Of a stretch of 64,000 nt of DNA, positions 29,003-37,979 are shown piece by piece. Each line of letters begins with the position of its first letter. The stretch's first letter is position 1. The stretch is taken from contig JBEKWS010000019.1 of NCBI GenBank assembly GCA_049512815.1, positions 20,835 through 84,834 of the forward strand. The letters run 5' to 3'. The notes beneath the pieces are model-generated. The model saw only the letters and a list, made by a program, of their open reading frames with translations. It was not told where the DNA came from and did not search any database. This stretch comes from Bacteroidales bacterium. GTDB lineage: Bacteria > Bacteroidota > Bacteroidia > Bacteroidales > VadinHA17. Position numbers and translations under genes: made by a program.

Positions 29003-30562
29003 TCAACTTGATTTTATTTTTCTTACCACATCGATAACGGTTCCGTCAACCCATTTGATAGCAGCTACAATATCTTCTTCAAATCGAGGCTTTTGTGGTT
29101 TTCCGCAAATACTTTCAGCTTCATCCTTAAGTTCCTGAAGGGTTTTTAAAGGAAGTCCGCTTTCTTTGACATTGTAAATCAGATCCTGCCGCAACGGATT
29201 AATAGCAATTCCTCTTTCTGTTACAATCACATCAATTAGTTCTCCAGGGCCACAAAGCGTAGTGACTTCATCCACTATTACCGGGATCCTGTCGCGGAAT
29301 AAGGGTATCGGAAGAATAACATTACGGGCATGAAGGCAATTTTGCCAACCTCCAATACCATGAAGAAGGTAGCCATCTGAATGTGTAACAACGTTACCAT
29401 TGAAATTCAAGTCAACCTCGGTAGCCCCCAGTATCATAATATCCATCATACTCGTCAGGTTTCCCTTTGAATGATAGTTATAAGCATTGAAAACAGAGTA
29501 AGGAACATGGTTGGGATTATTCTCAACAGACTTTACTGAGTCCAGATCAAATACCTGTGCATCAAGAATAAAATCCATCTGACCCTCCTCAAGCATTTTT
29601 ACCATGTATTTTGTACTTCCTCCAAAACCAAATCTCGATTTCCATCCTTTATTTTTCAGGATCTGATGCACAAATACTGCAATTGCCAATGATGTTCCGC
29701 CAGCGCCTGCCTGCATTGTAACTCCATCTTTCAAAATGCCCGATTTTTCAAGAAATGAGGCAGTCAATTCCGCAATTAAAAGTCTGTCGGGGCTTTTGGT
29801 TATCTGCGTAGTGCCGGATACAATTTTTTCGGGTATTCCGATCTTGTCCACAACTACAACATAATCAACATAATTTCCTTCAATTTCCATTGGAAAGCAT
29901 GGAAGTTCAACAAGATTATCAGTCACAACAATTACTTTACTGGCATACATATAATCGGCCTTTGCATAACCCAGAACTCCACAGGCTGAGGAGCCTCCTG
30001 TCCCCTTTGCATTACCATAAGAATCTGATGTTGGTGCGGCAAGAACAGCAATGTCAATCATGACCTCACCATCCTGGATTGCCTGAACCCTGCCTCCATG
30101 CGATCTAAGGACAGCCGTTCCCTTCATTCTGCCTTCAGAAACATAACGGCCAAGGGGCCCATTCATACTACCCTCTATCCTGTTAATTGTGCCATCCTCA
30201 AGATATTTTATCACAGGGTAATTGCAAGGAAAAGAGGCAGAAGGGAACCATACCAGGTCTTTTACTCCAAGAGCGGAAGCGAGCTCAAATACTTTATTGC
30301 TGATCAAATCACCATCTCTCAGGTGATGATGTGTTGAAATAGTCATCCCATCACAAAGACCACATTTGCGAAGAGCTTCTTCAAGTGAACTGACAACCTT
30401 ATTACCATCCCCGGGATAATCAAAGCATGTTGGTATCGGAGGCGAATACTTTCGTCCTTCCGGTCTGTGTTTGCCAACTCCTTTAAAAGGGACCACAGGC
30501 TTACCATTGATCTCCAGAGGAACTGATCTGCCGGCAGCATTTATCACAGTTTTAATTGACAT
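29003..30562 (-). CDS. citF: citrate lyase alpha subunit (citrate CoA-transferase)
   Basis: 519 aa. N-terminal region …[14 protein letters not shown]… and overall length are typical of CitF. Confidence 0.88.
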   Translation of the reverse strand: MSIKTVINAAGRSVPLEINGKPVVPFKGVGKHRPEGRKYSPPIPTCFDYPGDGNKVVSSLEEALRKCGLCDGMTISTHHHLRDGDLISNKVFELASALGVKDLVWFPSASFPCNYPVIKYLEDGTINRIEGSMNGPLGRYVSEGRMKGTAVLRSHGGRVQAIQDGEVMIDIAVLAAPTSDSYGNAKGTGGSSACGVLGYAKADYMYASKVIVVTDNLVELPCFPMEIEGNYVDYVVVVDKIGIPEKIVSGTTQITKSPDRLLIAELTASFLEKSGILKDGVTMQAGAGGTSLAIAVFVHQILKNKGWKSRFGFGGSTKYMVKMLEEGQMDFILDAQVFDLDSVKSVENNPNHVPYSVFNAYNYHSKGNLTSMMDIMILGATEVDLNFNGNVVTHSDGYLLHGIGGWQNCLHARNVILPIPLFRDRIPVIVDEVTTLCGPGELIDVIVTERGIAINPLRQDLIYNVKESGLPLKTLQELKDEAESICGKPQKPRFEEDIVAAIKWVDGTVIDVVRKIKSS

Positions 30563-30585
30563 ATTGTCTCTTTTAGTTCTTTATT

Positions 30586-31809
30586 CTAATCAGATGGAAT
30601 TTCATTAATCCAGTTGCCAGATAAAAGACCCAGACGCACAGCAAGATCAATGGTTTTTTGTGCGCGTACTACAACCGGGGGATCTATCATCTTCGATCCC
30701 AGAGCAACAACACCAAGCCCCTTAAGTTTTGCAGTTTCAAACGCCATAACAACCTTTTTTGATAATTCTATCTCATTTTCATCCGGCGCAAATCCTTGTC
30801 GAATTATCGCTATCTGCCTGGGATGAATACAACCCATTCCTTCAAAACCCAGCGATTTTGATATCAGAACATTTTGTTTTAGCGCCTCCATATCAGCTAC
30901 ATCTGAAAAAACAGAGTCAATAGGTTGAATACCTGCTGCCTTTGCAGCAACTACCAGCCGGGTTCTTGCATAAAAAGATTCGTTGCCTTCCACCGTCCTG
31001 GAAACACCCAGATCGGCTGTGTAATCTTCCAGACCTATTGCGATTGCAACAACATTTTTGGAAGCACGGGCAATCTCAAAAGAATACTCGATTCCAAGTG
31101 CACTCTCAATTATAGGCATCAGGTATACCTGATTCTTAAGATTGAATTTCTTTTTAATCCCTGAAATTTCTTTTTCGACCTGTTGAATATAATCAACACT
31201 TTCACATTTCGGAATAAGTACAAGATTAACATTATGCGGAATTATAAAATGAAGATCTTCCAGACCTCTTTCACCCTGGTTTATTCTGACCATCCTTTCT
31301 GCCCCGCAGAAATTAATCTGTCGTAATGCATTTCTGACAAGAATTCTGGCTTCATCTTTCTTTTCTGGAGCAACGGAGTCTTCAAGATCAAGAATAATTC
31401 CGTCAGCAGAATGAAGACCTGCATTGATCATCAGGCCGGGTGTATTCCCTGGTATATATAACCGTGAAAAACGAAACCTGTCGCGGGTTGTAGAATAATT
31501 ATTTTCTTTGAGAAACTCAGGAAGATAATCAAGATCGGTATTAAGCAATTGTTTAACTGCCGATTCCATACGTGCAGCAATTACAAAAGGCAGAGCTCCT
31601 GAGTCATTTATCTTTACAACAGCATTCTTAACTTCGTAAATATCAAGTACTTCCCCAATAAGCTTCATGATTGATTCACCATAAAGAGCTTTAACTTTAG
31701 AGGTAAGTTCAATATTTATTCCTCCCTCAGACTCTAATACTAAAGCAATTTCGCAATCGGACCTGACCTTTGGACCGGAATTGCCGGCAATAGCTATGGT
31801 TTTTTTCAT
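30586..31809 (-). CDS. fusion of citrate lyase acyl-carrier (gamma, CitD-like) and citryl-ACP lyase (beta, CitE-like) subunits
   Basis: 407 aa. Residues about 1-95 (IAIAGNSGPKVRSDCEI…VKINDSGALPFVIAARMESAV) look like CitD. Residues about 100-407 (SRLYIPGNTPGLMINAGLHSADGIILDLEDSVAPEKKDEAR…) look like CitE / the HpcH-HpaI aldolase family. Confidence 0.75.
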   Translation of the reverse strand: MKKTIAIAGNSGPKVRSDCEIALVLESEGGINIELTSKVKALYGESIMKLIGEVLDIYEVKNAVVKINDSGALPFVIAARMESAVKQLLNTDLDYLPEFLKENNYSTTRDRFRFSRLYIPGNTPGLMINAGLHSADGIILDLEDSVAPEKKDEARILVRNALRQINFCGAERMVRINQGERGLEDLHFIIPHNVNLVLIPKCESVDYIQQVEKEISGIKKKFNLKNQVYLMPIIESALGIEYSFEIARASKNVVAIAIGLEDYTADLGVSRTVEGNESFYARTRLVVAAKAAGIQPIDSVFSDVADMEALKQNVLISKSLGFEGMGCIHPRQIAIIRQGFAPDENEIELSKKVVMAFETAKLKGLGVVALGSKMIDPPVVVRAQKTIDLAVRLGLLSGNWINEIPSD

Positions 31810-31840
31810 TTTGCCATTTTATTGGTTATGCTGTACAAAC

Positions 31841-32263
31841 CTACTGATTTTTCAAACTACTTTTATTTTCGCAAAGTTCAATCAGAACACCGGAGGTTGC
31901 TTTTGGATGTAAAAAAGCAATATCAAGACCTTCAGCTCCTTTCCTCGGTTTAGAATCAATCAATCTGACACCCAGATTTGCTGCATGTACCAATTGCTCT
32001 TCAATTCTTTCAACAGAAAATGCAATATGATGAATTCCTTCACCTCGCTTTTCTATGAATTTACCGATAGGACCTTCAGGGTCAGTCGATTCGAGGAGTT
32101 CTATCTTAGTTTGTCCGACCATAAAGAATGCAGTCCTCAATTTTTGTTCAGGTATTTCTTCAATATTATAGCATGCAAGACCCATTACCTTTTCATAAAA
32201 ATCTATTGCATCCTCAAGCTTACTGACAGCTATCCCAATATGTTCAATATGTGAGGGTTTCAT
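31841..32263 (-). CDS. methylmalonyl-CoA epimerase / VOC (glyoxalase) family protein
   Basis: 140 aa. IEHIGIAVSKLEDAIDFY…, EGIHHIAF and IAFLHPK are typical of methylmalonyl-CoA epimerases. Confidence 0.75.
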   Translation of the reverse strand: MKPSHIEHIGIAVSKLEDAIDFYEKVMGLACYNIEEIPEQKLRTAFFMVGQTKIELLESTDPEGPIGKFIEKRGEGIHHIAFSVERIEEQLVHAANLGVRLIDSKPRKGAEGLDIAFLHPKATSGVLIELCENKSSLKNQ

Positions 32264-32346
32264 CCGGATTAGAATAAGTTATTTTGATTTTAGGATATTA
32301 TTAATAATAAGTAAAATTTCAAATAAATATTTTTTTATGAACTCTA

Positions 32347-32510
32347 TCCCCAGCCCCTTCCCATTTTCTCACCTCATCCCCCTCGCCTCTTTCTCCCAGG
32401 AGAGAAGGGGGTAACTACATAATATATACTGTATTTGCTCCTCCCTCTTGAGGGAGGGGTTGGGGAGAGGCAGATCCCAGGGTAGAAGGCCGAGGAAGGG
32501 TTATTAAAAA
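32347..32510. repeat. GC-rich double-hairpin intergenic repeat, copy B
   Basis: ACCTCATCCCCCTCGCCTCTTTCTCCCAGGAGAGAAGGGGG, then a spacer, then CCTCCCTCTTGAGGGAGG (7-bp stem, loop CTTG), then TTGGGGAGAGGCA. It is collinear with copy A. The 3' extension GAAGGCCGAGGAAGGGTTATTAAAA matches 811-838. Confidence 0.8.
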
Positions 32511-32560
32511 CATCTTAGGTTATGGGTATCAACTCGAATCATTCAGGTTAAAAGGTCATT

Positions 32561-34120
32561 CTAAAATGGAAATTCTACAGGTGTTTTTATTTTAGACTCA
32601 ACGTTCTCAGGCTTTTTAGCCGCAACATGAACAGTGTTCCCATCAACGTAAATTGCTTTATACGGAACGGTAGGGCATGCAAATTCGCAATGGCCGCAAC
32701 CTATACAAATATCTTCTGTAACTTCAGGAATTACAAGGTTTCCTTCGTAAGGAATCATGTGGACAGCTTTTGTGGGACAACTTTCTGAGCATGCTCCACA
32801 AGCTGTTTTTTCAGTTTTTACAATGCAATTATCTTTAATAAATTTTGCTTTCCCGAGCTGGGTAAGCTTTTTAGCTTCAAGTACAAGAGGATGTAATGCA
32901 TTAGTAGGGCAAATCTCAGTGCATTTTGTGCAGTTATATGTACAAAAGCTCATGTGGTAATCCATCACCGGCTGCATAATACCTGCAATTCCGTATTGCT
33001 TAAATGCAGGTTGCAGGACACCATTCGGACAAACATTAATGCACAGTGAACAGGCAATACAATCTTTATTAAAAACTTCAATCCCAATTCCACCGGGAGG
33101 ACAAACCGGACATGTTTTGTTTTCTTTAACTGTTGAGTCTTTTTTAGGTTTTGGCGTTTTTTTGTCCTGCCCGTTTGAAACACGTGATAAACCTAAAAGG
33201 AGGAGGATTGACCCAACTAGGATCTTACGTTTACCCTCATCAGTCTCATGAACTTTCCTTTTAAACTTTACAATTCCGAATGAAATGGCTTTGTCCTGGC
33301 ATATATGTATACAATTGAAGCAACTGACACATCTGGTGATATCAACATCGTGCTTAAGAAAGTCAATACAGGAAGATTTACATCGCATGGAACATCTTCC
33401 ACACCTTGTACAAGAAGTCTCATCAAATTTTATCCTGAAAAGTGAAATCTTGGAGAGAAGACCAAGAAATGTTCCAACAGGACAGATCATGTTGCAATAT
33501 AGGCGACCCTTAGTTAATGAAAGCAATCCAATAAGAATAAAGAATACTACAGGAATAGAATATACAATCAAAGGAAATCCTTTCACAGGAATATTACTAA
33601 GTGTATAGATATCAAATCTACCAAGTATTCCTGCAAGAAAATTATTTATCACAATAACAACCGGCTTGGCAAAACAGGTCATAAACCTGCCAAAAATACT
33701 ATAAGGATCCAGAAGAGTTATCATATAAATACCCCACACTAAAGTAACAATAAGGGTTATTGCAAGGAGAGAGTATCTTAATATTGTAAAGGGTTTCTTA
33801 AACCCATATCTCCTGAACTTTCTTCTAATACGTCCTCCCATCCTGCTAAAAAGGTCTTGTCCGATACCAAGCGGACATAGAAATGAACAATAGGTTCGAC
33901 CAGATAGTAATGTCAGCAAAAGTACAACAAGAAAACCACCTGCTGCTATAGTTTTAAGATCATAAAACTTTAAAACAGATGGTATAAATTGTAAAAACAA
34001 TAAAGAATTTATATAGTTAGCCGGAATTAATGATTTGAAATCAACAAAAACCAGGAAAAAAAAGATAAAAACAAGTGTTGAAAAAACGATTCTGATTCTT
34101 CTAAGCACGGCTGACCTCAT
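32561..34120 (-). CDS. membrane-anchored polyferredoxin (NapH/MauN-like N-terminal domain plus multiple 4Fe-4S ferredoxin domains)
   Basis: 519 aa. About 6 TM helices carry CSFLCPLG and CNMICPVG motifs. Next come CTRCGRCSMRC, CVSCFNCIHIC, CIACSLCINVCP, CTKCTEICP, CGACSESCP and CIGCGHCEFACP cluster motifs. Confidence 0.8.
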   Translation of the reverse strand: MRSAVLRRIRIVFSTLVFIFFFLVFVDFKSLIPANYINSLLFLQFIPSVLKFYDLKTIAAGGFLVVLLLTLLSGRTYCSFLCPLGIGQDLFSRMGGRIRRKFRRYGFKKPFTILRYSLLAITLIVTLVWGIYMITLLDPYSIFGRFMTCFAKPVVIVINNFLAGILGRFDIYTLSNIPVKGFPLIVYSIPVVFFILIGLLSLTKGRLYCNMICPVGTFLGLLSKISLFRIKFDETSCTRCGRCSMRCKSSCIDFLKHDVDITRCVSCFNCIHICQDKAISFGIVKFKRKVHETDEGKRKILVGSILLLLGLSRVSNGQDKKTPKPKKDSTVKENKTCPVCPPGGIGIEVFNKDCIACSLCINVCPNGVLQPAFKQYGIAGIMQPVMDYHMSFCTYNCTKCTEICPTNALHPLVLEAKKLTQLGKAKFIKDNCIVKTEKTACGACSESCPTKAVHMIPYEGNLVIPEVTEDICIGCGHCEFACPTVPYKAIYVDGNTVHVAAKKPENVESKIKTPVEFPF

Positions 34121-34126
34121 CAGAAA

Positions 34127-35047
34127 TTACATTTTAATTCTTTTAATATTCAGAGAATCCAGGTTCATATTCCCCAATCCCATTTTATGCGCAATTGCTA
34201 TGTATTCTATCTTCTCGGTAGCTACTCCCAGCATTTTGGCAGCTGCAGCATCTCCGGCTACCCAGTCGGTAGTAAGTATCTGAGACTTCATAGAAACAAC
34301 ATCTTCTTTTGATACTGCCTGAGGACCATGTTTTACAATTACATTATAACAATCTATAACATTAAGTGCCGGTTTCTTCTCATACAGGGCATAATCTGCA
34401 ATACACTGGTTCAGATTATTCGAATGCCAGTAACCTCTGTCCCAGACAAGACCCATGTTGTTTTTAAGACAACAGGTCATTCTTGTCGAATTATGATCTT
34501 TAAGAACAGGTACATTTATAAATACATCTGTGTCAAGCAAAACCTGATGTACCTTGGCTTTCTGAAGCTTTATTCCTCCCGGAATTTCAATTTGCTGGTA
34601 ATAGCTTTCCGAGTTACCAGGAACAACTTTTGCACCTGCATCTTTTGCAGCTTTCTCAATTCCCGAGTTTTTATAACAATTTACCCAGTTATCACATGTG
34701 TGATCAAATATATAAACCTCTTTGGCACCTGCTTTGAAACAATGTTCTATAATCCTTTTAACCAGCAGCGGATTGGTATCTGCTGCAAGATCAGGAATCA
34801 CATCCCAACCAATATTAGGCTTAATCAGTACTTTTTGTCCTTTCTCAACAAATGCCCCCATTCCTCCCAATTCCTGTATTCCAAGGTCGAACATTGCATC
34901 AGGATTGCCACCCATTATGGCTACTATATCATATTTTGGCGAGAGAGGTGTCGATGACCAGAGTTTACCAAATCCGCCCATTCTTAACGCTGCACCGGTG
35001 GCGATACTCCCACCAATTGATGTTTTAAGAAAATCCCTTCTTTTCAT
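34127..35047 (-). CDS. Tat-signal DUF362 domain protein
   Basis: Twin-arginine leader MKRRDFLKTSIGGSIATGAAL. The body (…KVLIKPNIGW…VPVLKDHNSTRMTCCLKNNMG…) matches my recollection of DUF362 (PF04015). It lies 6 nt upstream of the polyferredoxin gene. The start could also be 35071. Confidence 0.65.
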   Translation of the reverse strand: MKRRDFLKTSIGGSIATGAALRMGGFGKLWSSTPLSPKYDIVAIMGGNPDAMFDLGIQELGGMGAFVEKGQKVLIKPNIGWDVIPDLAADTNPLLVKRIIEHCFKAGAKEVYIFDHTCDNWVNCYKNSGIEKAAKDAGAKVVPGNSESYYQQIEIPGGIKLQKAKVHQVLLDTDVFINVPVLKDHNSTRMTCCLKNNMGLVWDRGYWHSNNLNQCIADYALYEKKPALNVIDCYNVIVKHGPQAVSKEDVVSMKSQILTTDWVAGDAAAAKMLGVATEKIEYIAIAHKMGLGNMNLDSLNIKRIKM

Positions 35048-35231
35048 AATCTTAATAAACTGCTTCAACAATATACTTTTTGGATAAGTTCCGAAAAATA
35101 CAATTTTTTTTTATTATTCCGTAAACAATGTAAGTAGTATATTAGTAACGCAAAAATGCAAATACGTATTTTAAAGAAATGGATTAACATTCTTACGTTT
35201 TATTTGTTCCTAATTATATTACCCTAAGAAT

Positions 35232-36410
35232 ATGAAAATTATCGGTTATGATTGTTTTTCAGGTATCAGCGGAGATATGAATCTCGGTGCAATGATCGAC
35301 CTGGGTGTTGATAAAAAATATCTTATTGATGAATTAAATAAACTTAATCTCCAGGGTTGGGAGCTTATTGTTCAGAAAGACCAGAGACATGGTATCCACG
35401 GAACAAAAGTTACAGTTAAACAGACCAGTAATGAGCATACTCACCGGCACCTTTCAGATATTGAAAAGATCATAAATGACTCAACCCTTGACAGTAAGAC
35501 TAAGGAGCTGAGCAGGAAAATATTTATGAAGATTGCTCAGGCTGAAGCAACTGTACATGGAATCTCAATTGAACAAATACATTTTCACGAAATCGGAGCA
35601 ATTGATTCTATTATTGATATTGTCGGCGCTGCAATATGTTATAATGTCTTGAATGTTGATGGAGTTCACGTGTCAACTGTGGAGCTCGGAGGTGGTTTTG
35701 TTAAGTGTGATCATGGAAAGCTTCCTGTTCCGGCACCTGCAACTGTTGAAATCATTAAAGGAATTCCTATAAAAAAAGACGGCGTCGACTTTGAAGCCAC
35801 AACTCCTACGGGAGCTGCAATATTAGCAACACTGGGAACCGACTTCAACCCTGATTTGGCTATGAAAATTGAAAAAACAGCATATGGAGTAGGTCAGAAA
35901 GAACATCACGATGTTCCCAACCTTCTGAGAGTATTTCTTGGTGAAAAGATGGCGAATTCAGGATCTGGACATGATGCGCTTCATCTTGAATGTAACATTG
36001 ATGATATGAATCCTGAATTTTTTGAATATATCTCCGACAGACTCTTTAAATTGGGCGTATCAGATGTTTTCTTTTCAAATATTATGATGAAAAAGGGCCG
36101 ACCAGGTATTTTACTTAATGTTATATGCGAAACTGAACTATCGGATAATGTCAAAAATATCATTTTTACTGAATCAACATCATTGGGAATCAGGACTTAT
36201 CCTTTCAGAAAGGATACTCTGGTCAGAAAATTCGAAACTATTCAGACTATTTACGGCAATGTAACTGTTAAACATTCTTTTTATAATGGGAATGAGGTAT
36301 CATGTAAGCCTGAATATGAAGAATGTAAGAATATAGCCATTGAAAAAGGGATTCCTGTCAAAGAGGTGTACAGTAATATAATGGGGTTGTTAGTAAAAAG
36401 TAAAAAGTAA
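35232..36410 (+). CDS. larC: nickel-pincer cofactor biosynthesis protein LarC (nickel insertase, DUF111), single uninterrupted ORF
   Basis: 392 aa. Contains the DCFSGISGDMNLGAMIDLGV N-terminus and HFHEIGAIDSIIDIVG motif of the LarC/DUF111 family. Confidence 0.9.
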   Translation: MKIIGYDCFSGISGDMNLGAMIDLGVDKKYLIDELNKLNLQGWELIVQKDQRHGIHGTKVTVKQTSNEHTHRHLSDIEKIINDSTLDSKTKELSRKIFMKIAQAEATVHGISIEQIHFHEIGAIDSIIDIVGAAICYNVLNVDGVHVSTVELGGGFVKCDHGKLPVPAPATVEIIKGIPIKKDGVDFEATTPTGAAILATLGTDFNPDLAMKIEKTAYGVGQKEHHDVPNLLRVFLGEKMANSGSGHDALHLECNIDDMNPEFFEYISDRLFKLGVSDVFFSNIMMKKGRPGILLNVICETELSDNVKNIIFTESTSLGIRTYPFRKDTLVRKFETIQTIYGNVTVKHSFYNGNEVSCKPEYEECKNIAIEKGIPVKEVYSNIMGLLVKSKK

Positions 36411-36430
36411 AAAGTAAAAATAAGAAGGAA

Positions 36431-37249
36431 ATGAGAGAGGATAGGTTATTAAAACTCAATTTGATCCTGAAAGATATGGGTTCAATTGTAGTTGCATATT
36501 CAGGAGGAGTTGACAGTACTTTTCTTTTGCACAGAGCTAATACAGTCAGAAAATCAGGTTTAATTGCAATTACAATAAGAACACCATATATACCGTCCAG
36601 CGAAATAGCTGAAGCCACTGATTTTACAAAGACTTTTGGCATCAAACATAAAATATTGGATATTCCTTTTCCGGATATGATGAGAAGTAACCCGATTGAG
36701 AGATGTTATCTATGCAAGAAAACGCTTTTCACAGAGTTATTGACTTTTGCGAAGGAAAACAATTATCAATTTGTTATTGACGGAACAAACGCTGACGATA
36801 CCAGTGATTTCAGACCCGGTCTGGAAGCATTGAAAGAATTGGGTATCAGGAGTCCTCTTCTTGAGGCTGGTCTCACAAAAAAGAATATAAAAGAATTATC
36901 AAGAGATGAAGGTTTGGACATTTGGGATAAACCTGCCATGTCCTGCTTGCTAACAAGAGTCCCATACGATACTGAGATTAGTGAAGGAGTGCTCAGATTG
37001 GTTGAGGAAGCTGAAAATATGTTATTTGAAAAGGGTTATCCCGGAACAAGAGTTCGAATACATGGAGATTTAGCCAGAATTGAATGTATGCCGGGATATA
37101 TCGAAAAAATCATCCATAACCCTGACAAAGAACATATTATATCCGACCTGAAGAAAATTGGATTCAGATATGTATCTTTGGACCTTGAAGGTTACAAACA
37201 GGAAGTTCAAATCCTGAAAGGAAAGAAATATGAATGCAAAAGAAGTTGA
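36431..37249 (+). CDS. larE: ATP-dependent sulfur transferase LarE (PP-loop ATP pyrophosphatase)
   Basis: 272 aa. PP-loop AYSGGVDS, and cysteines in RCYLCKK and AMSCLLTR. Confidence 0.9.
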   Translation: MREDRLLKLNLILKDMGSIVVAYSGGVDSTFLLHRANTVRKSGLIAITIRTPYIPSSEIAEATDFTKTFGIKHKILDIPFPDMMRSNPIERCYLCKKTLFTELLTFAKENNYQFVIDGTNADDTSDFRPGLEALKELGIRSPLLEAGLTKKNIKELSRDEGLDIWDKPAMSCLLTRVPYDTEISEGVLRLVEEAENMLFEKGYPGTRVRIHGDLARIECMPGYIEKIIHNPDKEHIISDLKKIGFRYVSLDLEGYKQEVQILKGKKYECKRS

Positions 37250-37979
37250 AAAACTGCTTAAGAATATTAAAAATGGACAGACCAGTATAGAAGAGGCTAT
37301 GGAGGTTCTTAAAAACTTTCCATACACTGATCTCGCTTTTGCAAGATTAGATCATCATCGCGAAATGCGTACAGGTTATCCTGAAATTATTTACTGCGAA
37401 GGTAAATCGGTCGAGCAGGTTAAAGAGATATTCAGGGTGATGTCAGAGAAAGAAAATAATGTTATTGGCACGAGGGCAAATAATGAAATGTACGAAGCTG
37501 TAAGGAACATTTTAACCGATGCTATTTATTACCCTGTAGCAAGGATCATTTCTTTGCAAAATAAAAAACCTACAGTCTCTAAAAACAGAATTGCTATAAT
37601 AACAGCCGGTACCTCTGATATGCCAGTCGCAGAAGAAGCTGCAGTCACAGCCGAACTCCTTGGAAATGATGTATTGAGAATATATGATGCGGGGGTGGCA
37701 GGGATCCACCGCCTTGTTGACAAGCTACTGGAAATCAGAACCTGCCGGGTAATAATTGTCATTGCAGGTATGGAAGGTGCCCTGGCCAGCGTTGTCGGCG
37801 GACTTGTTGACAAGCCGGTAATTGCTGTTCCGACAAGCGTTGGGTACGGAGCCAATTTCGGGGGGATATCAGCACTTCTGGCAATGCTAACCAGTTGTTC
37901 TACAGGTATTACTGTTGTGAATATTGATAATGGGTTCGGGGCCGGTTTCGCTGCCAGCATGATAAACAAAATGGAGTGA
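37230..37979 (+). CDS. larB: nickel-pincer cofactor biosynthesis protein LarB (NaAD carboxylase/hydrolase, PurE-like)
   Basis: 249 aa. Contains TGYPEIIYCEGKS and the PurE-like IITAGTSDMPVAEEA…AGMEGALASVVGG. Overlaps larE by 20 nt. Confidence 0.9.
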   Translation: MNAKEVEKLLKNIKNGQTSIEEAMEVLKNFPYTDLAFARLDHHREMRTGYPEIIYCEGKSVEQVKEIFRVMSEKENNVIGTRANNEMYEAVRNILTDAIYYPVARIISLQNKKPTVSKNRIAIITAGTSDMPVAEEAAVTAELLGNDVLRIYDAGVAGIHRLVDKLLEIRTCRVIIVIAGMEGALASVVGGLVDKPVIAVPTSVGYGANFGGISALLAMLTSCSTGITVVNIDNGFGAGFAASMINKME

